From Candidatus Zixiibacteriota bacterium (GTDB lineage: Bacteria > Zixibacteria > MSB-5A5 > GN15 > FEB-12), in the NCBI GenBank assembly GCA_024278935.1, contig JAJRSF010000033.1, positions 68,122 to 132,121 of the forward strand: 64,000 bases of DNA, read 5' to 3'. The first letter of the stretch is position 1; each line of letters starts with the position of its first letter. The position numbers and the translations under genes are program-made. The notes under the pieces were generated by a model that did not search any database, had not been told where the DNA came from, and saw only the letters and a program-made list of their open reading frames with translations. Shown here piece by piece: positions 21,160-30,415 of the stretch.

Positions 21160-21290
21160 ACTTCGACAAGCTCAGCATGACAAATCCTTAAACTTCCAAT
21201 TCAGATAGTACCGAGTAGGGGCGAACCTGCGTGTCCGCCCAGTTCTTGAGTAGACACATAGGTCTACCCCTACAATGGTACAGCTCAGAA
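21160..21290. repeat. Composite intergenic repeat: a cttcgacaagctcagcatgac module plus two GC-rich hairpin modules ending in CCCCTACA
   Basis: The hairpin modules are ggggcgaacctgcgtgtccgccc (one mismatch) and gtagacacataggtctac-ccctaca. The first module recurs at 47758..47781. The CCCTACA tail recurs at the terminators at 13900, 15370 and 16792. Confidence 0.55.
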
Positions 21291-21302
21291 TATTTTTCCT
21301 AT

Positions 21303-21320
21303 TATGACTAACTAGTCATA
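21303..21320. promoter_or_regulatory. Candidate TetR operator: 8-bp inverted repeat TATGACTA-AC-TAGTCATA
   Basis: The palindrome is perfect and lies in the divergent TetR/MIPS intergenic region, about 115 nt upstream of the MIPS ATG. Confidence 0.5.
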
Positions 21321-21437
21321 TAATATATACTATTTATCTATATATGCAAATAAAATTTGACACAGACTGATGCCTGTTTTATTTTCTTATCGAATGATTG
21401 TTAATAACTACTTAATATAAATTGAAAGGATTTACAA

Positions 21438-22633
21438 ATGGCTAAAATCAGAGTTGGTATTATTGGCGTTGGTAACTGTGCCTCTTCATTGGTACAGGGC
21501 GTTGAATATTACAAAAAAGTCAGAGATGACGAATCTGTCCCAGGGTTAATGCATGTAAACCTCGGTGGGTACCATATCAAAGATATCGAATTTTCATGTG
21601 CGATTGATATTGATAAAAACAAAGTTGGAAAAGATCTCTCCGATGCAATTGGTGTAAAACCAAACAATACGGTGAAGTTTTGTAAAGTTCCAAAATCCGG
21701 TGTTAAAGTACAACGTGGTATGACCCACGATGGCTTAGGACATTACCTTTCACAAATTATAACTAAAGCCCCTGGCGATACTGTTGATATTGTGAAACTT
21801 TTAAAATCTACAAAGACTGATGTTGTCATCAACTACTTACCTGTTGGTTCTGAAGAAGCTACCAAATGGTATGTTGAACAGATTTAGAAGCTGGTTGTGG
21901 TTTTGTTAACTGTATTCCTGTATTTATCGCAAAAGAACCATATTGGCAGAAACGTTCCAAAGAAAAAGGTCTTCCAATAATCGGTGATGATATCAAATCA
22001 CAAGTTGGTGCGACTATTGCTCATCGTGTTATGACTCGTTTGTTCATCGACCGTGGTGTAAAACTCGAACGTACATCCCAGCTTAATGTTGGTGGTAACA
22101 CTGATTTCTTAAACATGCTCGAACGCTCTCGTTTAGAATCTAAAAAGATTTCTAAAACATCAGCGGTTACATCAATGCTTGATTACGATATAGGCAAAAA
22201 GAATATCCATATCGGCCCTTCTGATTATGTTGAATGGCTTGATGATCGCAAATGGGCATATATCCGCATGGAAGGTCGCACATTTGGTGATGTTCCTTTG
22301 AATATCGAGATGAAAATGGAAGTTTGGGATTCTCCAAACTCAGCAGGTGTTGTAATTGATGCACTTCGTTGTATCAAACTTGCTATGGACAACAATATTT
22401 CCGGTCCATTAATTGAACCTTCATCTTATTTCAAAAAATCTCCACCGGTTCAGATTCCTGATGATGAAGCTCGTCGTTTAACTGAAGAGTTTATCACAAA
22501 ATATGGTTGGAAACAAAACAGCAAACCAACCAAGAAAAAAACAGCTAAAAAAACTACTAAAAAAGCTCCTGCTGCCAAAAAGAAAGCAGTTAAAAAAACT
22601 GCCAAAAAACGGGTAGTGAAGAAGAAAAAATAG
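21438..22633 (+). pseudogene. ino1: myo-Inositol-1-phosphate synthase (archaeal/bacterial type), split by a 1-nt deficit in a T-run and carrying a lysine-rich C-terminal tail
   Basis: Track ORFs 21438..21887 and 22031..22633 are the two halves. Adding one T to the TTT at 21883..21885 restores ..[39 protein letters not shown]... The motifs [11 protein letters not shown] and NVGGNTDF are present. Confidence 0.9.
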
Positions 22634-22665
22634 TTTTTTAATATATAGTGTTTCCGTATTATAAA

Positions 22666-22697
22666 ACCGGTGATAATAAGTATCACCGGTTTTTTTA
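22666..22697 (+). terminator. Rho-independent terminator after the MIPS gene
   Basis: Stem accggtgata/tatcaccggt with loop ataag, followed by TTTTTT. Confidence 0.85.
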
Positions 22698-22708
22698 TTA
22701 GGAGATAT

Positions 22709-23338
22709 ATGGCTTCACTAAAGCAAACACCTCTGTTTATCACATTTGAAGGTATCGACGGCTGTGGCAAAAGCACCCAAGCTGTTATGACATTTCAACT
22801 TCTGCAATCTTTAGGCTACAAAGTTAAGCTTTTAAGAGAACCGGGGTCGACCGAAGTCTCGGAAAAAATTCGGGATATCTTATTAGATAAAAAATCAAAA
22901 ATATCAGATATAACCGAACTTCTTCTGTACCAAGCTGCCCGTTCTGAAATTACTGCCCAGGAAATATAGCCTGCCTTAAAAAAGGGAACAATTGTGCTGT
23001 GTGATCGGTTTTATGATAGTACCACCGCTTATCAGGGTTACGGACGAAAACTTGATATTCGGATGGTAAAATCGCTCCACAAAGTAGCCGCCTTAGGCAT
23101 TGTGCCGGATTTGACATTTGTCTTTGATATTGATATTCCGACCGCATTTGCCCGTCGTGGCAAAGCAACCGACCGACTGGAAGCACAGTCGAAAGCATTT
23201 TTCCAGCGGGTTCGGGCCGGGTTTATGGAAATTGCTCGAAAAGAACGACGGCGTGTCAAGAGAATCGATGCTGTCCAACCGATTGATAAAGTCTTTGATG
23301 ATGTCAAAAAACAGCTCGCTACAAAAATAAAAATATGA
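22709..23338 (+). pseudogene. tmk: Thymidylate kinase interrupted by an in-frame TAG at 22967..22969
   Basis: The P-loop FEGIDGCGKST is present. The TAG is flanked by ..[10 protein letters not shown] and [25 protein letters not shown].., and both halves are in the same frame. An AGGAG RBS precedes the ATG at 22709. Confidence 0.9.
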
Positions 23339-24834
23339 CCAACACAACCGGTTTCGACCGTAAATCATTTTTTCTCTCTATCCTATTTTCGATTGTCCTG
23401 CTTTTATCAGCCGGCATGCTCTCTATGTATGTCATCGCTGATAAATCTATTAAAGAGATGCAGCTTCTTTCGAACACGATGAATGCGATAAATGAAAACT
23501 ATCCTGAACAAGTCGATTGGGATCTGTTAGTATCCAACGCCCGCGATGCGATGTTTGAAAATCTAGACCGTTACTCAACTTTTTATCATCATCAACAGTT
23601 TGAACAACTCGACCAGGAGATGACCGGAAGTTATACCGGTATCGGAATCTCAATCCTCCCCAATGAACAAGGACTATTGGTAATGTCGGTTCGTGAAAAT
23701 GGTCCCGCCGGTGAAGCAGGATTGTTGACAGGCGATGTAATCACAAAAGCAGATTCAACTGTACTGGCAGATTTACATAATTCGATATCATCAACGCTTC
23801 TTCGGGGGAAAGAAAACAGCTCAGTGATAATCGAAGTGTTCAGACCATCATCGGAAGAAACATTTTCGCTCAATGTAATTCGGAGAAAAATCAACTTTGT
23901 GCATATCCCTTTTGCAGGCTTAACAGAAGATTCTATCGTCTATATCCGTCTGCTCGATTTTGACTTCGGAGCATCGGATGATTTAGAAGCTGCCCTTGAC
24001 TCATTAGTTTTAGAGGCGACGATAAAACCAAAAGGGATAATTTTAGATTTACAAGGAAACCCGGGGGGACTTTTTTCCGAAGCACACAAAACAGCAAATC
24101 TATTTTTAGATGAAGGCTATCTAATCGTCGGAACCGACGGAAGATCAAGATGGAAAGATGTCACCTATTATTCATCGGGTGAAGATGTAACCTCGGGCAT
24201 CCCAATGGTTGTGCTAGTTGATAATGGTTCGGCGTCATCATCAGAAATAGTTTCAGGTGCATTGCAAACTTCGGGGCGAGCTTTTTTAGTTGGCGACACA
24301 ACTTTTGGTAAAGGTTTAGTGCAGGGTTTTGTGCAGTTTCCAAATGGCGATGGGATCAAGCTAACTGTCTCTCGATATTATTTTTCTGACTCTACTTACT
24401 TAAATGATTTTGATTCAACTCTCAATGAAATCGGACATGGCTTGGTTCCGAACTTTCAATTTAATAAACAAAGATATGATTTCTTTACTCGGAAACTTGA
24501 GAACTCTTTTTTGCTTGGAGAGTTTTCCGCACTGTATCAGGATGCCCTCACAAAAGATTTCGAAGATGGTTCTCTTGACGACTTATGGATTAAAAGATTC
24601 CATGACTACACTATTGAACATGAATTAGAGATACATTCCTACCGAACCGAGATTGTACAAGAGTTACTCGATATTGCCAAAGAAGATACTGTTGATTCAG
24701 GTACAACAAAGTATTTAAAATCTTTGTATGCTAAATCAATTAAATTCGATAAAAACAATTTCAATAATTATGCTCAATATATAAAAGACAGATTGATTCA
24801 AATAGCAACACAACGAAAAAGTGGTGAATACTAA
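23335..24834 (+). CDS. S41-family C-terminal processing peptidase (PDZ-containing)
   Basis: It has an N-terminal TM helix, the PDZ motif GIGISI..GPAGEAGLLTGDVI, the catalytic Ser context DNGSASSSEI and the Lys context GKGLVQ. Its start overlaps the tmk stop as ATGA. Confidence 0.9.
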   Translation: MTNTTGFDRKSFFLSILFSIVLLLSAGMLSMYVIADKSIKEMQLLSNTMNAINENYPEQVDWDLLVSNARDAMFENLDRYSTFYHHQQFEQLDQEMTGSYTGIGISILPNEQGLLVMSVRENGPAGEAGLLTGDVITKADSTVLADLHNSISSTLLRGKENSSVIIEVFRPSSEETFSLNVIRRKINFVHIPFAGLTEDSIVYIRLLDFDFGASDDLEAALDSLVLEATIKPKGIILDLQGNPGGLFSEAHKTANLFLDEGYLIVGTDGRSRWKDVTYYSSGEDVTSGIPMVVLVDNGSASSSEIVSGALQTSGRAFLVGDTTFGKGLVQGFVQFPNGDGIKLTVSRYYFSDSTYLNDFDSTLNEIGHGLVPNFQFNKQRYDFFTRKLENSFLLGEFSALYQDALTKDFEDGSLDDLWIKRFHDYTIEHELEIHSYRTEIVQELLDIAKEDTVDSGTTKYLKSLYAKSIKFDKNNFNNYAQYIKDRLIQIATQRKSGEY

Positions 24835-24911
24835 ATGTATAAAAATGTGCTTCTCAAGTTGAGACCTGAGATTCAATTTGCCACAAAAATTTTATTGGAA
24901 CAAACAAAATA

Positions 24912-25679
24912 ATGGATCCGTTTTATATTTACATACTATGCGGCTTAACCGCAGGACTGCTTGGTGGATATTTAGGACTTGGTGGGGGAATAATCATGGT
25001 GCCATTTCTGACGGTAATTGCAGGCTTAGATATAAAAGTCGCCGTACCTGTTTCGGTTACGGCAACGGTCGTTACCTCGATAGCATCGTCGAATGAATAC
25101 CTTAAAAAAGGAATGGTCGACTTAGAACTGTCGCTCATCCTTGCACTCTTTATGGTGATTGGTACGATTACAGGTTCATCGCTCTCACCATATATTCCGA
25201 GTCATTACATCCAATTGGTTTTGACAATCGTTGTGCTATATACTGCCGTTTCGCTTCTCAAGAATAAAAATAATAAAGGCAACACAGAATTTATTTTAGA
25301 CCGTAATAAAAACATTGTGCTCAGTGCCGCCATAGCAATTTTCACCGGAGTCCTTGCCGGTTTGACCGGTATTGGTGGTGGTGTCATAATTGTTCCGACT
25401 CTGTACTTGCTTATCGGACTTCCTCTTTCGACATCACGAGGCACTTCGTCGCTGATGATTGGCTTCTCCGCCGCGGCAGCATCGACAGTCTATCTGCTCA
25501 ATGATCAAATAGATTTTCACATTGTCATCGGTATTATATTGGGTATAATCATCGGTGGGAAACTTGGCGGAAAACTTGGTGCCGTTGCCAAACCTAAAAT
25601 TGTAAAAATAATTTTCTTTATAGTTCTTATATATGTTGCGTTTAAACTAGGCTATCAATCTCTTGCGGAAATCCTATGA
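24912..25679 (+). CDS. TauE/SafE (TSUP) family anion exporter
   Basis: The 255-aa polytopic protein has the duplicated motifs GLGGGIIMVP and GIGGGVIIVP. Confidence 0.85.
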   Translation: MDPFYIYILCGLTAGLLGGYLGLGGGIIMVPFLTVIAGLDIKVAVPVSVTATVVTSIASSNEYLKKGMVDLELSLILALFMVIGTITGSSLSPYIPSHYIQLVLTIVVLYTAVSLLKNKNNKGNTEFILDRNKNIVLSAAIAIFTGVLAGLTGIGGGVIIVPTLYLLIGLPLSTSRGTSSLMIGFSAAAASTVYLLNDQIDFHIVIGIILGIIIGGKLGGKLGAVAKPKIVKIIFFIVLIYVAFKLGYQSLAEIL

Positions 25680-25963
25680 GTGAAAAAAAATATAATTCAG
25701 CATCGCTAATTAAGTTACAAGATTTCAGTTGGTATCTCTTGCTTGGATATTTTATCGGAGCAGTTGTTGTAGAACTGTTTCATATATCTGTTCCATTTCA
25801 TATAGGATATGCCGGGGTTCTTCTTGTACTTTTTTTAACATTGTTAAAACTAATTTTAATAGCCGAGCAATTTCGAAAAATTAGATTTTTCAGACTGACA
25901 TACATTGCCTATGGTTTACTTTTAATTATACTTCTTAAAATATTAGTAAGGTTGTATTTATGA
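25676..25963 (+). CDS. Small membrane protein (DUF1634-like TSUP partner)
   Basis: The 95-aa ORF has 3 TM helices and is translationally coupled on both sides by ATGA overlaps. The family assignment is from memory only. Confidence 0.45.
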   Translation: MSEKKYNSASLIKLQDFSWYLLLGYFIGAVVVELFHISVPFHIGYAGVLLVLFLTLLKLILIAEQFRKIRFFRLTYIAYGLLLIILLKILVRLYL

Positions 25964-26613
25964 AAACTGCAATATTCTCAGATTTTGATGGTACTATATC
26001 TTTAAAAGATGTCGGCTATTCCCTTTTCCATTATTTTTCAGATGGTAAAAATGACGCACTCCTCCCTGACTGGAAATCAGGTGTGATGTCGACCAGAGAT
26101 TGTCTGCTTGCAGAAGCAGAGATGGTCCATGCCACGCCGGAAGAGATCTATGCTTTTATCGATACGATTGGTATTGACTCTGATTTTCCGATACTTTTAA
26201 AAATCGCTCAAGAGAAATCTATCCCGCTTAAGATTTTATCTGATGGTTTAGATGTCTATATCAAATACCTTCTTGAAAAAGAAGGATTAGGCGATTTGGA
26301 TTTTCTTGCCAACAAAGCCGAGCTTGTAGACAACACAATAAAAATCACTTTTGAACATACCAATAAAGAATGTAAAAGTTGTGGTATTTGTAAGGGCGAA
26401 ATTATTCGAGAGTTTCGTGAAAACCAAGACAAACCATACCAGATAGTTTTTATCGGCGATGGATATTCCGATGTCTGTGCTGCTAAAGAGGCTGATATTT
26501 TATTTGCTAAAAAAGATTTAAAAGAATATTGTATGAAAGAAGATATTTCATTTATTTCTTATTCAAATTTTAACAATGTCCTAACAGAATTAAAACAAAG
26601 AAATATTATATAG
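25960..26613 (+). CDS. HAD-IB phosphatase (MtnX/PHOSPHO-like subfamily)
   Basis: It has HAD motif I FSDFDGT and motif IV GDGYSD. It also has the Cys-rich insert CKSCGICKG, which is typical of this subfamily. Confidence 0.78.
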   Translation: MKTAIFSDFDGTISLKDVGYSLFHYFSDGKNDALLPDWKSGVMSTRDCLLAEAEMVHATPEEIYAFIDTIGIDSDFPILLKIAQEKSIPLKILSDGLDVYIKYLLEKEGLGDLDFLANKAELVDNTIKITFEHTNKECKSCGICKGEIIREFRENQDKPYQIVFIGDGYSDVCAAKEADILFAKKDLKEYCMKEDISFISYSNFNNVLTELKQRNII

Positions 26614-26644
26614 CATTTACATAAGTCACAAAAAGTAGGAACTA

Positions 26645-29134
26645 ATGAAAGCAATTATAATGGCCGGCGGGTTCGGCACCAGATTAAGACCACTGACAAT
26701 CAATACTCCAAAACCGATGGTACCAATCGGCAACCTTCCGATAATGGAACATGTCGTATCGCTGCTTTCTAAACATAATATCACCGATATTACATCGCTT
26801 CTTTATTTCCAGGCAGATAAAATTAAAGATTACTTCAAGGATGGATCTGCATTTGGTGTCAACATGAGTTACGCCGTACCCGACGATGACTACGGCACCG
26901 CAGGTGCTGTGCGGTATGCAGTTGGCGACACTACCGAACCTGTCCTTATAATTTCCGGCGACTTGATAACTGATTTTGATTTATCGGAAGCTCTGCGGTG
27001 GCACAAAGAAAAAAAAGCAGACGCTACCCTTATTCTCACCCGTGTTGAGAACCCAATCGCCTATGGTATTGTTATTACTGATGACTCGGGACAGATTGTC
27101 CGGTTCTTAGAAAAACCTACATGGGGTGAAGCATTTTCTGATACGATAAATACCGGTATCTATATTTTGGATCCATCGGCGTTGAACCTTATCCCTGAAA
27201 AAACAAATTTTGATTTTTCCCAAGACCTCTTCCCTGCCATGCTTAAAAAAAATATGGGTCTCTATGGCGAAATCATAGAAGGCTACTGGAAAGATATTGG
27301 GAATGTTGATGAGTACCATAATGTGCATCACGATCTCTTTGAGGGAAAACTTTCTCTCGACTTAAAAGCAGACAATGAAACTGCGAATGTGTACAAAGGG
27401 AAAAATTGCCAAATTGGAAACAATGTGAAATTTTCAGGTAAAATTATTTTGGGCAATGATGTGCAAATCGCTGATGATGTCATTTTACATAATTGTGTAA
27501 TTGGCAATAGAACAAAAATTGATTCCAAGGTTGAAATTCGCGACTCTGTTTTGTGGGCTGATAATCAAATAGGTGCAAATTCTCTCTTTAACTCGGTACT
27601 TGTCGGTAATAATTCTTTTATTGGTTCTAATGTTCAGCTTATGGATAAAGTTATTATTTCTGATGAATGTAAAATCGGTCAGTCGGCAACAGTAAAAGCA
27701 AATTGTAAAATATGGCCGGGTAAAATGGTCGAAGATGGTGCTATCGTTTCGACCTCGATGGTTTGGGGTGAAAAATGGAACCGTGAATTGTTCACTGACG
27801 CAAAAATCACCGGCTTAGCATTAACAGAAATAACTCCCGAAATGGCTGTCAATATCGGTGCTGCCTTTGGAGCCTATCTTCCTGAAAAGAGCGAAGTCAT
27901 CACCAGTCGGGATGCATCGGATACTTCTCGCCTGCTCAAACGTGGGCTGATAGCTGGGCTACTGGCATCGGGTGTTAATGTCTCTGATATCGAAACACTT
28001 CCGGTACCAATCGTAAGACATTGCCTGCACAATGGTAATTACGCGGCAGGAATTTATATTAGACACAACCCTGATGATTATCATTTGATCGATATGATTT
28101 TCTTTGATGGCAAAGGTGTCGACTTGCCGACATCATCGGCGAAAAAAGTTGAACGGATGTATTTTGGTGAAGATTTTGAACGTGCTAACCTTGACAATAT
28201 CGGACATCTAGAACACCCGACATATCCAGTTGAAAATTATCGAAACGACTTTTTAAAAGATATAAATATTGACTTGATACAATCTGCAGGATTTAAAATT
28301 GTTATAGACCATTCCAATGGCTCATCATCGCAGATTTTCCCTACTCTCTTTTCGCAGTTTGGTATTTCAGCTATTGAATTAAACGTAAGCTTAAACCCTC
28401 GCAAGTTTTCATCTTCAGCAGAAGAAAACGTTCAGGCAATAGTACAACTTTCAACAATAGTAAAATCACTCCATGCTGATATAGGATTTATATTAAATCC
28501 TGCCGCTGAAAAATTGACCGTCATTGATGACCATGGCACACCGATTGATTCCCAACTTCTTCTCTTAATATTGACAGACCTTTTCTTAGAAACGAACAGT
28601 TGCAAAAAAATTGCGGTACCTATATCTGCTTCAATGGGGATTGATGATATTGCCAAAAGACACAATGTAGAAGTCGTCCGTGTAGCCAGTGACCATTATG
28701 CCATGATGTCTATTTATAAAGAAACTGATATTGATTTTGTTGGCGGTACAAAAGGTGGATTTATTTTCTCAGATTTCCAAACCGGTACCGATGCTATGCT
28801 TGCCACTGTAAAAATCCTAGAAATGCTTGCTGAAACAAGAATGAGATTTTCTGCCCTTCGTAAAAAATATGATAATTATCAACGGCTATCACTTTCTGTC
28901 CCTTGTGCATGGGCTAAAAAAGGTACCGTAATGCGAGAACTCATTAAAAACTCTGAAAAACAAAATCGCGAACTTATCGATGGTGTCAAAGTGTATTTAG
29001 ATAATGGTTCGGTTTTGGTGACCCCGGATAGGCTCACAGCCTCGTTCAATATTTTGGCAGAATCACAAGACAAAAAATCAGCTCAAGAACTTCTGAGCAG
29101 ATATGAGAATCTTGTTAAATCATTCCAAAAATAA
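26645..29134 (+). CDS. Fusion protein: sugar-1-phosphate nucleotidyltransferase, left-handed beta-helix and phosphomannomutase/phosphoglucomutase
   Basis: It has the N-terminus MAGGFGTRLRPLT, hexapeptide repeats at about residues 250-370 and a C-terminal PGM/PMM four-domain region. Total length is 829 aa. Confidence 0.85.
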   Translation: MKAIIMAGGFGTRLRPLTINTPKPMVPIGNLPIMEHVVSLLSKHNITDITSLLYFQADKIKDYFKDGSAFGVNMSYAVPDDDYGTAGAVRYAVGDTTEPVLIISGDLITDFDLSEALRWHKEKKADATLILTRVENPIAYGIVITDDSGQIVRFLEKPTWGEAFSDTINTGIYILDPSALNLIPEKTNFDFSQDLFPAMLKKNMGLYGEIIEGYWKDIGNVDEYHNVHHDLFEGKLSLDLKADNETANVYKGKNCQIGNNVKFSGKIILGNDVQIADDVILHNCVIGNRTKIDSKVEIRDSVLWADNQIGANSLFNSVLVGNNSFIGSNVQLMDKVIISDECKIGQSATVKANCKIWPGKMVEDGAIVSTSMVWGEKWNRELFTDAKITGLALTEITPEMAVNIGAAFGAYLPEKSEVITSRDASDTSRLLKRGLIAGLLASGVNVSDIETLPVPIVRHCLHNGNYAAGIYIRHNPDDYHLIDMIFFDGKGVDLPTSSAKKVERMYFGEDFERANLDNIGHLEHPTYPVENYRNDFLKDINIDLIQSAGFKIVIDHSNGSSSQIFPTLFSQFGISAIELNVSLNPRKFSSSAEENVQAIVQLSTIVKSLHADIGFILNPAAEKLTVIDDHGTPIDSQLLLLILTDLFLETNSCKKIAVPISASMGIDDIAKRHNVEVVRVASDHYAMMSIYKETDIDFVGGTKGGFIFSDFQTGTDAMLATVKILEMLAETRMRFSALRKKYDNYQRLSLSVPCAWAKKGTVMRELIKNSEKQNRELIDGVKVYLDNGSVLVTPDRLTASFNILAESQDKKSAQELLSRYENLVKSFQK

Positions 29135-29347
29135 TTTTTTCAAATAAATTTCATCTCTATTTTACAGTAATTTCCCTGTGCATTTTTTAAACAGAATTAC
29201 ATCCAATTCATAAAAATAGCTCTATAGCCCGTTAAACGGGGCTTAATATAGACTAAACTAACTTAGATACGTTAAGCTATCTACTTTTACCCCGATATTA
29301 TGTATAGATTTATACACGTTTTGAATCATCGCAAAAAGGAGGCGCTT

Positions 29348-30388
29348 ATGCGGAAGATTTCAATAATTATTCTATTCTTTTTACTTTTTACAAGATTGAC
29401 AACAGCAGAAAACATTTCTAACACTCAAACAAACTTACCGGAAATTGAAATCACAGGCTTTATGGATTTCATCAGTTCCTATAATAATGCTTCTGTTGAT
29501 AGAACTAATATCGCACTTGGTCAGGCAGAAGTTGACCTTGCCAAAGAACTGTCAGCATCTAAATCTATCGAAGTTGCCATCGCTTATAATGATGACGAAA
29601 GCAAATTCGAACTTGGGGCAGCAATTTTAGATATTCATTTTTCTAATTTTGATGGCGATAGTCATTTAAGAGATTCTCGAATGGTTCACACTTCGCTTAT
29701 TATCGGACAATTTGATGTTCCTTTTGGAATCGACTACAACAGCTATGCATCTGTTGATAGAAAACTTATCACCGCACCAAGAGTTGTTAATCTAACTCAT
29801 GAGGGTTGGAATGATTTAGGCTTTAACCTGACGATTGAAGGTCAGCGTGGCAATCTCTCTTTGTTTGTTGTGAACGGCTTTGAATCTTCTGCGGAGATTT
29901 CTTCACAAGTAATAAATCTTGCGACTTCACTCATGGAAGAACAAATTGAAGAAGTAAACACAACACCTTCAAACGCTTTTGGTGGCAGAATCGGTTTTAA
30001 TTTATTTAAAAACTTAGAAATCGGATCATCGGCTGCTCTCGGATTAAATGCTGATAACAAAGATGAAATGGTTTTACTCGGTACAGATTTACAACTGCAC
30101 ATAAATAATTTTCTTGTAAAAGGTGAGTATATTCATCATTCGGTGAATCGTTCAATCCAGAGAGAAAATAATCAGGGATATTATATCCAGTCATTATATA
30201 ATTTTGAGTCATTCTACCTTACATCTCGTTATGGTTCTTTTCAACCGGATGGTATCGAGTGGGTAGGTCAGCTTTCTATTGGTGGTGGTATTCCAATTTC
30301 TCATGGTACAGAAATTCGTATTGAATCACTTATACATGAATCATCAGCAAACAACAAGACGATGTTACAATTTGTAACAGAATTTTAA
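29348..30388 (+). CDS. Putative outer-membrane beta-barrel porin
   Basis: I moved the start to MRKISIIILFF, which follows an AAGGAGG RBS. It has a signal peptide, an alternating beta-strand pattern and a C-terminal Phe (QFVTEF). Confidence 0.6.
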   Translation: MRKISIIILFFLLFTRLTTAENISNTQTNLPEIEITGFMDFISSYNNASVDRTNIALGQAEVDLAKELSASKSIEVAIAYNDDESKFELGAAILDIHFSNFDGDSHLRDSRMVHTSLIIGQFDVPFGIDYNSYASVDRKLITAPRVVNLTHEGWNDLGFNLTIEGQRGNLSLFVVNGFESSAEISSQVINLATSLMEEQIEEVNTTPSNAFGGRIGFNLFKNLEIGSSAALGLNADNKDEMVLLGTDLQLHINNFLVKGEYIHHSVNRSIQRENNQGYYIQSLYNFESFYLTSRYGSFQPDGIEWVGQLSIGGGIPISHGTEIRIESLIHESSANNKTMLQFVTEF

Positions 30389-30415
30389 AGTTCTAAGATA
30401 AAAAAGGGAAACAAC

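Noticed and set aside
21879-21887. Whether the MIPS gene uses programmed ribosomal frameshifting.
   Set aside because: The required shift is -1 at CAG-ATT-TAG. There is no X-XXY-YYZ slippery heptamer and no obvious downstream pseudoknot or hairpin. A one-base homopolymer length difference explains it more simply.
22450-22776. Track ORF of 108 aa on the minus strand ([23 protein letters not shown]...).
   Set aside because: It is the antisense shadow of the lysine/alanine-rich tail of the MIPS gene, where poly-AAG/AAA reads as poly-Phe/Leu. It also spans a terminator.
22967-22969. Whether the tmk TAG encodes pyrrolysine.
   Set aside because: No pyl genes or PYLIS-like context are visible. TAG ends several conserved genes normally. 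The aligned position is a variable aliphatic or charged residue.
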